DNA of 50,021 nt. It comes from Phoronis australis. Taxonomy: Eukaryota; Animalia; Phoronida. The stretch is taken from NCBI GenBank assembly GCA_002633005.1, contig NMRA01000995.1, positions 25,971 to 75,991 on the forward strand, in the 5' to 3' direction. Below the pieces are notes generated by a model that saw nothing but the letters and a program-made list of their open reading frames with translations, did not search any database and was not told the DNA's origin. The stretch's first letter is position 1, and the number at the start of each line of letters is the position of its first letter. Below, in pieces: positions 13,601-25,600 of the stretch. Both the position numbers and the translations under genes were made by a program.

Positions 13601-16600
13601 TCATGGAAATAGTCCTATGTGCCATAGGCCTGGCAGCTTGTATTGTGTGGGTTCCTTTCCAAATTCAGCGACTGGACCACAGGAGGCACTTTACCACTGA
13701 CGCTGATCACATGACCTGTTTAATAAATTCATTTGTACATACCACATTCTCCATCGCCTCCGCATTGTTCATAAGTTTGCTTGGTGTGAAGAAAATGGTT
13801 CAACTTCATTCTTTGTCAACAAAACTACAAGTCTATGTTGAAGTGATTGGTACAGTTTCAGCGATTGCCATATCATTGCTCTTTGGAATATTGAGTGTGA
13901 CCAACGGCAAAGAAGACTGGCTAATTTATATTACGTGTATGCACAGGCCACCAGCACACACAGCTGAGGGCATCATCCTGTCAACATTCTATTGTGTGTT
14001 GCTGGCCAGCATAATGACAATACAGCTGTATTCACTGTGTGCCAAGAAAGAATCTGGAACTTCCCAGAGAACTGGCAAGTATGGTCAAGACAATACACCA
14101 AGCAACAACGGTAGTGTTGCTTGTGTAAGTCACACTGAAGCATCTTCACAGGTTTTCGAGATTAGACAGCCGGACAATTTGCAAATACCGCAGTTTGAAC
14201 AAGTGTTGAATGATGGTCTTCCACCAATTGAGAGAGCCGTGACACCTCGCTTGATCTACGTGCAGGGTAACGGAATAGCAGACCAGCAACTGGGTCAAAC
14301 GCAGAAAAACCACCAAAAGAAAAGCTTTCGGAAACAGTTGTCAGTGAGACGCCACACCGTAGCTAAAGTGGATAGTGGTAAGGTTCAGAGTGAGCACGAT
14401 TATAAGTACATCCGTAAGTACTCCGTTGACCCCGCGGCTTTGATGAACCAACTTGAGAACCCCAAAATGCACGGTGGCAACTACCCTTTCTTCACACAAC
14501 AGTCTTCGCTGTCCAAACAATCAGTCAACCAAGATCATCAGCACCAACATCAAGACGACAGTCCATCCGAAGAACTTCAGCAAGTTGCCATAAGCAACTG
14601 CACATCTATTGAGGCTCTTTCCACCAGTCAACACACGGTGAGTGAGACAGATGACCACCAGCTTTCATACCATTACTACCGTTCTTTGGTGAGATATACC
14701 ATCTTCATTGCCATCTCTTTTCTATTCTTCCTGCCGTATCCAATTGTTAGTGCTCATGGTTACCTGATGGATGCTGCCACATACTGGGACTCGGCAACGG
14801 TAACAATGGCAGCGTGCATGGTGCCCAACATCGTATTTTCTCTAGCCATCCCCTACGTGGATATGCGCATTGGAAGGTCAATTTCTAAGCTGCACAAACG
14901 ATGGATGAACTTCTGCTCCCGAACACAATGCCGCAAATGCAGTGACAAGAAATAAATGAAAAAGATGACATTACAGTGGACTGGTGTACATTAAAGCCTA
15001 ACTTCAACAGAATTTTGTTGTGATTTTAGATGTGAATTGGGCTGACCAGATAGTCCTAGCAAATCCTCAGTAAAATAAGAAAATGCGAATTCAATCACGC
15101 AAATGTACGCCTGTTAAATGATAGGTGAAGCTGCCTTTTCCTGCCATGTTGCATCACCGCGAGAACCCAGCACAAACAACAAAAAGCCAATAACAGTTGT
15201 ATTGAATAGGGGCCTGAATAGAACACCATTGAGTGAGGGTGATATTCGCAGCTGTTCGAATTAAAAGGTGATTCTCGCGGTGACGTAAATAAAAGCAAGC
15301 CAATATGCCTAACAGTTTGTTACATTTGGCAATTTATGGCACTAGTTGGCTCAGAGCAATGCTCTTAACTTACTGTAGGAACCAAATTTACAAGTGTTAC
15401 CATTGAAGACAGGCTTTAATATGTGCATAGATTTCCAGAATGTTTTCTCAACATTGTGTATTTAATTTGGTTTATAATTAGAAGTCATTAACGTGTCTGT
15501 TTGTGATCGCCAACTCCTTTAAATTCAAGGTGATGTATTGTTATATAGCACAGAATGTCTTCAGTACAGGCAGGAAGCAATGAAACAGTAACAGACAAGG
15601 CAAAAATTGTAATATCTTGTAAATGCCAATACCGTAATCGTTCGGGTTAACGCCCATGCTCAGTTAACCGCCCACCCCCTACTTTAGGTGAATTTCGATT
15701 TAACCGCCCACTGCTCGGTTAACCGCCCCCCTGCTATTTTTGAAGATTTCCAATTAACCGCCCACTGCTCGGTTAACCGCCCATCCCCTACTTTTGACGA
15801 TTGGTGATTACCGCCCTGTGCTAATAGGAAACGCGAATCCCCGACCTTTTAGATTAAGATCGATGATAACATTGAGTGCAACGACGGCCTCAGAGACCGC
15901 GGTTTAGCAATGTGAATTATGATACCAGTAACAAATNTGTTATTCGCAGCTGTTCGAATTAAAAGGTGATTCTCGCGGTGACGTAAATAAAAGCAAGCCA
16001 ATATGCCTAACAGTTTGTTACATTTGGCAATTTATGGCACTAGTTGGCTCAGAGCAATGCTCTTAACATACTGTAGGAACCAAATTTACAAGTGTTAGCA
16101 TTGAAGACAGGCTTTAATATGTGCATAGATTTCCAGAATGTTTACTCAACATTGTGTATTTAATTTGGTTTATAATTAGAAGTCATTAACGTGTCTGTTT
16201 GTGATCGTCAACTCCTTTAAATTCAAGGTGATGTATTGTTATATAGCACAGAATGTCTTCAGTACAGGCAGGAAGAAATGAAACAGTAACAGACAAGGCA
16301 AAAATTGTAATATCTTGTAAATGCCAATAAGTAAAAATCACATCAAACGAATTCAAACCATAGCCTGGGATTTTATCAGAGTAGGACGAAATCTGATAAA
16401 TCTGAGGGCTCGAGTACGCAAACTACAACATATTATGACATAAGCGAATCGTATTGTACTTTGAAACACTTAACGGCATCATTAAGTACAGGTTCACAAT
16501 ACCAAGGAAATGGAGTTAATGTATGAGATCATAATTCAACATAACAATATTAATTTAAAGTTATCTCAAACATTATTTAGTGACCTTCATTCTAACTCAT

Positions 16601-19600
16601 ATATCAAAAACCAGGCTACTAGAACTTAATAAAAAGTACATATTTTCTGAAAGAAAAATGATTAGATTACAAAAATATGTTTCTTATTGATAGTGTTGTT
16701 ATTATTACGTTAACTAACACCTTTTTAAGCCAAAATTTCACACAATATGAAAAAGGTACATCCATAGCAAAATTATCCCTTGAAGGTAGATTTATCATCT
16801 TAAACAAAAAAAAAATTACCTCAAAAACGCTGTTAGGAATTTTCAATTAATACTCATTTACTTTTGTTTCTATGCCTCATGAGCAAAACGAAGGTATTTT
16901 AGTAAAAAAATTGTAGTTGTATTTGACTGTGGTGCGCAAAAACTAGGCGCTTAAAAAGAGAACCATACCAGCATTTTTGAGAAATTTGGATAAATATTAA
17001 AATCAGGAAAATTTCAGTGAAATTTACCGAGCCATTTTCTAGAACTTGTGTTCCTACGTTGAAATTAAGTCCATTTGCAGCTGAGAAAAAGTGAAAAACA
17101 TTGCAAGTCTTCAAAATCTGACAGTTATCGCATAATTATTCAATGAAAACTTGTTTTCGATCAACATAAATTATACATGCCTAAACCATGATGTTCACCA
17201 TTTCAACATTCACTCACAGAAGGTGCATTCACATTCATAACAAAACAACAGATTCAAAAACGATGACCTAATTTCATGTACTAAGAATTATGAAGATGAA
17301 ACTTCAAAAACTGTTGCAATTTTCTTAATTATCATTTTGTTTTGTTTTGTTTTGATGCAACTTTTGTTTTTTCCTATTTTTATAACCCATCTTACAAAAC
17401 CACATTCATAGCAAGACAACAGGTTCAATAACAAGACCAAATTTCATTTACTAAGAATTTTCAAGATGAAATCTTAAAAAACTGTTGCAATTTTCTAAAT
17501 TGTCATTTTGTTTTCTTTTTATGCAATTTTTCTTATTTTTGATAACCCCTCTTACAAAACCAGACTATTTTAAAAATAACTCCAATCAGCCTTCTGGAGA
17601 CCAATGCAGAAAACGTTCATAGTCCCTAAAAGTTTTATTTGAGTCTGACCGACGTTTCTGACATATGAATTGTTCCGAATTAAGCCAAATTTGAAAAATT
17701 TTCTAGGGTTCTACATAACCTTAAATAAAAATGTTAATTATAATACTGCTCCTTCTCACAATAATCAGACTAGACTGAGCCATAACCATGGTTTCTGGCA
17801 ACAAAGATGAGAGCAATGTATGATGCAATCAAACCAGAGTGACATGTAAACATGACTCCCTGGGCAGTTAGCATTAAGTCATCACTCAACCAGAAGGGTG
17901 TGAATACCACCATAAAGGCATCCATGACAGGTTGCATGAAACAGTCCCACACAGAGACTCAGCCAAGTTCCCAAAGATTTGAGGCCTTATAAAAACACCG
18001 GTTGTCCTCATTTTCTTAATATGTTGCTGGAGTCTCCTAACTACCCCGCAAGTCAATTTGTAACCTTGATCCAAATCGCGAGGGAACTCCACCTTGCATT
18101 CTCAATATTATTGAAATTATAAGGGATCCTTTTATGCAATGCCCCTAATTTAAGGACTGAGTCAATAAATATTTTGACTGAATTAAGGGCTTTAAGTTAG
18201 TTTTTAGTTATATTATTTAAATGTCATTAGTCAAAGAGGAGCTCATAATAAAGCTAAAATGGTAGAAAAAATACTACATCTGTGAGTAAAGAACGAAAAT
18301 ACACAACAGATTTAGGGAACATAGTTGAGTCCGTATTTGGGACTAATTCAAGCAACTGGGAACTGGACTCTGTTTCATGCTGAAAGTGACTAAAAGGCTT
18401 AAGACATAAATTTGTTACGCTCTCACTTTACCATGGCTGAAAAAAGTTTGGCAAGAATTAAAGAGTTCATCGCAGATTAGAAATAAGTTCTAGAAATTGT
18501 CTCGATGTGATAAATAATTTCTCAGGCACTTAGCATTTTTGCTCAAAAGTATCAGAAATAGTAGTGAGGAGTATAAAACTAAATTTCTGACTTAAGTCTG
18601 AAATCGCTTTTCATGAAACGGGCCTCAACTGTAACACAACTGTGTTGGTGAGCAAGGCATTTAAAGCTGCAGCAACTACCTTTCACTTTACCACAAGACT
18701 CTGAACGAATATAGCGTAAATGCATCTCTTTTCATTTCATTTATTACTTCGAATTACATAAAATAGTCTTATGATGGGCTAGTAGACACATAAACGGAAA
18801 AATATGACAAAATTTGCCATTTTGTCGAAATCACCAAGTCATAAAATTTTGAAAAAATATTATGTCTCCTATTGTGACACATAATCAAATCTTGAAGAAC
18901 AGAACAATTTCAAAACAAATTCAAATAACTTTAGCACAGTGTAAACTCAACTCATGGGCAATTCACAGTAAAATGATGAATATATTACTACTGCACAAAA
19001 AAATCTGAAAATTATATAAATTTTTTTTTAGCATTCAAAACAAAGTTAAATTTTCACTACAAAGTAATCGGTCAAATAAGCCTTTCAGTTCTGTAAAATT
19101 CGCCATGTTGTCTGTGCTGCCAGAGACGAGACCAAGTAATTGTGATCACAAAATTAAATAACATCTTCGTGAAAATTCCGGTGAAAACTGCTGAATGACC
19201 AGGAATAGCAGGTAAGCATATTGTCACAACTGAATACACAGCGGTCTGGCATTCTTCTTCAAATGCCAATGCCAGTTAAATTAAAAACATAATGTTGAAA
19301 TTTGCAAAAAAACAATTGTGTGGGGAAATGGGAGCGTTTTGTAAATGAAATACATATGATATTAATAAAAACAACCACGGTTTTAAGTCGACTTGACATG
19401 TTACATATGAACTGCAGAATGAAATAAGAAAAATTTATGGCTTTAATAATCAAGACGTGTTTACACCTAAACAACAAGCTTTCAATGTATTATTTTAAAC
19501 TAGGCAAAGCCAAGTTCAATTTACTGTCACCTAGTATGTTGACTTTAATCAGTAACCTGATTGGATAGTTCCTGAAGATTAACATCTGCGATTACAGGTG

Positions 19601-22600
19601 ACAGGTATGTAGCCATGCCTCTTGGCCACATGCTGTTAACAAGTTCTTTTTATTCATGAACTTGCCATCAGCTGAATGGCAAACTTTGAGAAGCAGTCTT
19701 CAATTCGCGGTTTTCACGTGTACAAAGAAATTTGGAATCCTGTTTTGGGAGAAGAATTGGAAACTGTACATGAAAATTCAATCCCGTTGACAAGTACACT
19801 GCGTCCGCTTCGAAAGACCAGACCATAGTGGGACACATTCCTCGCGAGATCAGCAAAACCTTTGCGTTCTTTTTCAAAAGCGATGGAAGTTTGAAGTGTA
19901 TAGTCAAGGCTAAATAGCGACATAGCAGCGAGGCTGATGGTCTAGAAATTGAGTGCACAATGATTTATTTTTCCAGGACTGTCGGATCTTGTTGATAAAT
20001 TGAATACCATTAATGTAGAATTTTAGAACGGTAGGTAATTAAAAACATTTTTCAATGTTAACACCGACTCCACAGGAACTTAAAAATCTTAGAGACGCTA
20101 TTTGTGGAGTTGAAACTGTATTTTTATTTAAGCTGCCAGATCGCGAGACAGTGAAGCATTGGCGAGTTTTTGCTCAAGAATTTTAGCACACTTTTCTGTA
20201 AAATGATTGTAATTTAACAACGAAGTTTGATAGCAAAGTAGCAGTTTTGTAGAAAGTCTGTCATAGGTTACAGATACATCAGAGTGTAAATTTGATCAAT
20301 CCCAGCTTCCAATTTCACCCATTTCAGAGACCAGGTTTCAATAAGGGCCCCCATGAAATAAAATTTTCTAAGGGCCCGTATGCTTATTAGGGCGAATACA
20401 GTAGTACACAATTCAGCCGATGAGCGGAATTTCATTTAATTCATCAAATTTCCAAAATTAAGAGTTAAAAACTATCTCACTACCAAGTGTGTCATTTGAC
20501 AAATTAGTACCTAAAGTACTCACTGCCAAATGAGCAAATTGGCTAGCAAGCTGAGGAGCTTGCCTGGCCTTGACTTAACTAATCCTAAATTCCATGGGAG
20601 TTAATTACATTTAAAGACATCATCACATGATGGACAACTTTTGCCACATCCCGAACAAAAGTCAAGTATCGATTTTGCCATTTTTTTCTTGACGAAATAT
20701 CTGACAATAGCTTACCTGTGGATTAGTGATAGATGCACTCAATGGCCTTTAAACTGCAGTTCATCAAACCAATTCTGACTCCCGAGTTTGTCAGACTTGC
20801 ATACCTAGACAGGTGGAATATGTGCGCCAACTTTTCATTGACTGTTGATAGTGCGTTTTCGCCTGGAATCTTGAATAATTGACCCGATACGATGTCATAA
20901 TTTTCAGATATAAACAACATTGCATCTTACCCTGAAGTTTCATAACAATCCATTGGCAAATAACAATTTGGCAGGTTAAGCATTTTTAGTTATTGCACCC
21001 GATGTCCTAATTATGCTCAAGATTTATTTGGTGCTGGGAAATGCAGTTCTAAAAACTCGTTGAGTTAACAGGGGTAATAAACTCCCACCTTCTGTTGAAA
21101 ATCAACTTTCGTCTTAGGTCACTAACTATTATAAAATCATAAGCAATAGTCCATGGACCACCAACTCCGTATACTTTCAATGGGCGAAATCGGTGCTCTT
21201 ACAGCGGCAGTGACATCATATTCACTAGCGAAACCTGGCCAAATTACCTGGTGTTATTTCAGGCAAGTACATCATCTGCTAATCATGGTCGGCCGTTGTG
21301 TTATCATAATACACTAACCAGAAACTAAAACAGATAATTTAGGAGAGTGTCGCCTCCTCTAGGACAGTACGCAAGAAAATGTCTGAGTAGTGAAACCGTT
21401 GTCTACAATCTATTATAAAATTGAACTCATAAAGCTCCATACTCAAATTAGAAATAATTTTCAGGCTTGAGAATAGCCAATCCACAGTTACGGCTTCAGA
21501 CCAGCTGTAGCAAGCTAAGTCAGCCTTTGAAAAATAGAAACCAGAATTTCGGCAGTTAATTGTGATCGAAATATGCCAGTTCAAGACAAAATACGACAGA
21601 CAAATGACATTTTATGCTCTCAATTCCTTTGTTAATGGGAAGCACCTGTTGCTTTGATGTTTTCTGACTGTCAAAACGTAACCATCAGGTGTTTTGAAAA
21701 ATTTTGGTCATTCTTCTACAATATTTGAAGTTTTTGATGAGTTTAAAATGTGAAATTTAGAGGAAAATCCTCTTATAGTAGTAATACCGTAATCGTTCGG
21801 GTTAACGACCGGGGCGGTTAAATTGGCGAATCCAAAAATTCGGGGGAGGGCGGTTAACCGAGCAGTGGGCGGTTAAATCGAAAATCCACCTAAAGTAGGG
21901 GATGGGCGGTTAACTGAACATGGGCAACAGCTTAAAAGCTGTTGTTACGAAAGACCCAGTTTTTTACGAAATTCCTCCGTTGCCAATGTTCCCCAAAACT
22001 GCGATGTCAAGTCTATTGCTATATTTCCCGGCTCGATGCTCCCTAAGCCCATCCCTGTAACTAGCTGTGTGAATCTCCTACCCATTATCGTCAAGCAGTC
22101 TACGTCGTAGATATGTCAGACTCGAATGGTAAGAATTTTTGTTCAGGCTGAAAATGGCCAATGTATAAACAAAATTATTCTGGATGGCTAAAAAGGGGAT
22201 GTGGAAACGATAATTCACACAGTCACGCTTACGTGCAGGCTGATGCAAGAATAGTAAAGAATAGCCAGCGACTTTAGTTAAATTTGCTAACCAGTTTGAC
22301 TGAGATGCAATAAGCGAAAAACAAAATTTGACAAGCCGTTTTTTATTACTTCAAGATCATACATAAACATACATTATTGCCAACGTTTGAATTCAGAAAT
22401 CGACAGGCAGCAACGAAATCGGTAACCCAGTAAGGCACTTGCCTACTGTCCCTTCGGTCGCCCCACATCCTCTATAATCCGGCAGTTATATTCATCAAAA
22501 TATTATTGAGAATTTGACATCTTTCCGTGAGTTTTGAGATTTGTTCAAAATACGAGAGCTTCCCACCTTAGTAGAATTTGGAGGGTTGGCAAAACCATTG

Positions 22601-25600
22601 TCACATTTCTCTGGCCTGATTTTTTCGAATAATATGTTTTATCTAGTGCACTGCAGACGGAAACTCAGCGCGGCAGACAAAGTCGCTGAAAGCGGAGGTT
22701 TTGACGCCGGCGGCGTTCTTAAACTTTGCAAACAAGGGAAGAAAATAAAGTGACAAAAAGGTTCAAGTATTATATTTTGAAGTGAGTTCATGACCCAAGA
22801 CAATAACTCGTTACCTGTATTGTAATTCAGATTGCTAAACCACCGTCTCGGAGTCCCGGCGTCGTTGCACTCATTGTGATCGTCCATCTTTTTATAAAAG
22901 TCTGGGAATCGCGTGTTTCCTTAGCACGAGGCACTAAATCTTCATTCTTTAAAAGTCGGGGATGGGCGCTTAACCGAGAGGTGGGCACTTAACTGGAAAA
23001 CTTCAAAAATCGTAGGGGGGCGCTTAACCGAGCAGTGGGCGGTTAAATCGAAAGTCTACTTAAAGTCGGGGATGGGCGGTTAACTGAGCATGGGCGTTAA
23101 CCCGGACGATTACGGTATATAAAATTATGTCAAACGGGCATGGAAATAGAGAACATATTTAGCCTGGTCAGCATGCCATCTGTTAGCAATGGAATTGGAA
23201 TTCTTTTTGTCCAAAAATGGTGAGAATTTGCCATTAGTGAACATTATACTAACAAAAAATCAAGATGAAGAAACAATTCAATTGCCAGACTTATGAATAC
23301 CATGTTAAGGCCTTCTTAATTCAGTGGTCAGACCCTGTGCTATGGTCAGACATCCAACGTTCTAGCTTGACCACTAAATAGTAACTGCAGGTCTGACTAG
23401 TACCAAAATTACATTTTTTCCATAATTTTTTAAACTAGGTTGTATACCTTATTACAAATAATGGAAGCATCGCATTGGTCAGTGACCAAGTTAGCGAATT
23501 CTGTCACAAAAAACTCTTGAGCAAAACTCATCTTCTTACCGACTGGTGATCTTACAACATTTCCTATGTCATGCTTGTGCATAACAACTCAGCTTGTGCC
23601 AAATACTCCAGGGCACTAAAATGAAGGTGTCTGCTAAAACATAGTAATCCTAGATCAGTAGAACTAGGAGAACTTTGGACACCACGGGAGTCTAGTTTTG
23701 CTGAGTAAAGTTTTCACTCCTTCATTATGTACTAAATAACCCGTCTTGGGGTACCTGCAGGGGCTACAATGTGTATATGAGTGTGAACTGTGTACTTACA
23801 ATAATATTGTTGATTTGAAGTGTTGTGTTTAATGGTTGAAAAACAAAGGCATCAGCTTACTGTGCAACCTCAAATATGGTCGGCCCAAAAACCTTGAAAA
23901 ACATTGAATGAGCTTGAATAGTCCAGCATACGTTTTTCACTTGATCAGTCTCGCATATAAGATTCAAGCTTGATGAATTTGTTGTCGTATGGACATAGGC
24001 CTTGAAACACATTCGTGTTTTTTTTTTGTAACACTCACCAAGTTCTAATTTCACACTGTGGAGAACGCTGCAAATTTACAGCAGTGAGGAACAAGCGGAG
24101 TAGCTCCTCGAAGAAGGACTCTTCAAGAAATTTAGTATGTCTTGTTTCAAGTGATGATAGACGAAATAAGATCACAAATTTTTTTATAAATTAAATCTGC
24201 ATTTTACTTTGTTCAGCTGATTTAAAAATGAAAATCGACTTACGCCGATAATTTGATTTTGTTACCGCAATAGGGTTCTATTTCCGGTAACAACAAAAAC
24301 GCTGAAACCATTAGCAGTCAGTAAACAGATTCCTGTTGTGGTAAGGAATACTGTGAGACCGATTTTATGATTACTAAAAGGTACGATTTGATTTTTGTTT
24401 TTAGCCAGCTTAACAGGCAGACGTGCTGTTCAGAAATGCTTATGGCATGTACTCAACAACCTTCCTCACTTCATCCATCAGTTGAAAAAAATAATCTAAT
24501 GGAATACCTATTAATAACTTCCATTCAAAGTCTGCGACTCTTGCAACATGAAATCGTTATCAACCCATCAAGGCACGTAACGCTAAGATCTGTTTTGTTG
24601 TAGCGACAAGTATGTTGTTGGCTTAGCTTATTATTAAGCTTTTCCATGCTTCTTTCATCAGTTTTAAGGTGGTCTGAATTTTTTACCATGGCACTAATTA
24701 ATTTTAGCAATCAATACCTAGATAAGAGGAAAATAAACCGTGATCAGAAGAAAGGAAGTAAGGTTATAGCCAATGACTGTTTTAAATAAAAATGCACATT
24801 TGTAAGGATATTGAAGGCAAACTTACAAAAAAAGTTTAAAACTGCAATCGGATTTGATTGTCAAGTGTAGGACTTAACACAACTACCGCGTTCACAGACT
24901 GGTTGAAACAGTAGCGTTTTCGTCAACACTTTCAATCGTAGCAAAAACACCAGTAGTGCGTGTCACTTTTGCTTTAGTTTTGCTGGCAGTTTGAGTTACT
25001 CCAAAGCTGCTGACATTTTCACTAGCACTATCAAAACAACATCACTTACATCAAAAGACACACACATACCCGGAGTAAGATGCATTTATTTATCATTTCA
25101 TTGACCAATCTATGGAGACAGTGGAAATGAAAATGACAAACGTGCAGAAATCCGTGTGTGAGCAATCACTGGACATGTCTCAGTTTGGACGTTCGTCATA
25201 AGACAAATGATCCAGAATATTCGGGAAAAGTAATTATAATGAATCGCTTCGATGTTTTACTTGACACCTAGCTGTCTTGTGTGAGTCACAAAACACCAAC
25301 GTGGGTAGAATACATTGATTTAGGTATGAGGAAAATGACAATGAATATTTATTACGTATACTGTATTCGCCCTAATAAGCGCCCATGCCCCTATAAGAGC
25401 CCCCCACGCGTTTTCAGACTTTGCTAAAATAAGCGCCCAGTCCATGAACACTCTGCACAAGCGAAAAATGCCTTACCAACAGTTCTAAAATTCTACAGTA
25501 ACGTCTTCAATTTATCAATAATATCCAACAGTTCTAAAAAAATCAATGTGCGCGGAATTTGTAGACCATGAGCCTCGTCGCTATGTCTAGCCTCGAGTAT

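Noticed and set aside
13420-14955. Assigning a specific GPCR orthologue name
   Set aside because: Too divergent to name without a phylogeny.
21787-23115. GGGCGGTTAA repeats with variable spacers as a CRISPR-like or iteron array
   Set aside because: They sit subterminally inside TA-flanked TIRs in three copies, as expected for transposase binding sites.
24151-24220. Intronic box C/D snoRNA (GTGATGA...CTGA)
   Set aside because: No convincing terminal stem or rRNA antisense element recognised; motifs are expected by chance in AT-rich DNA.
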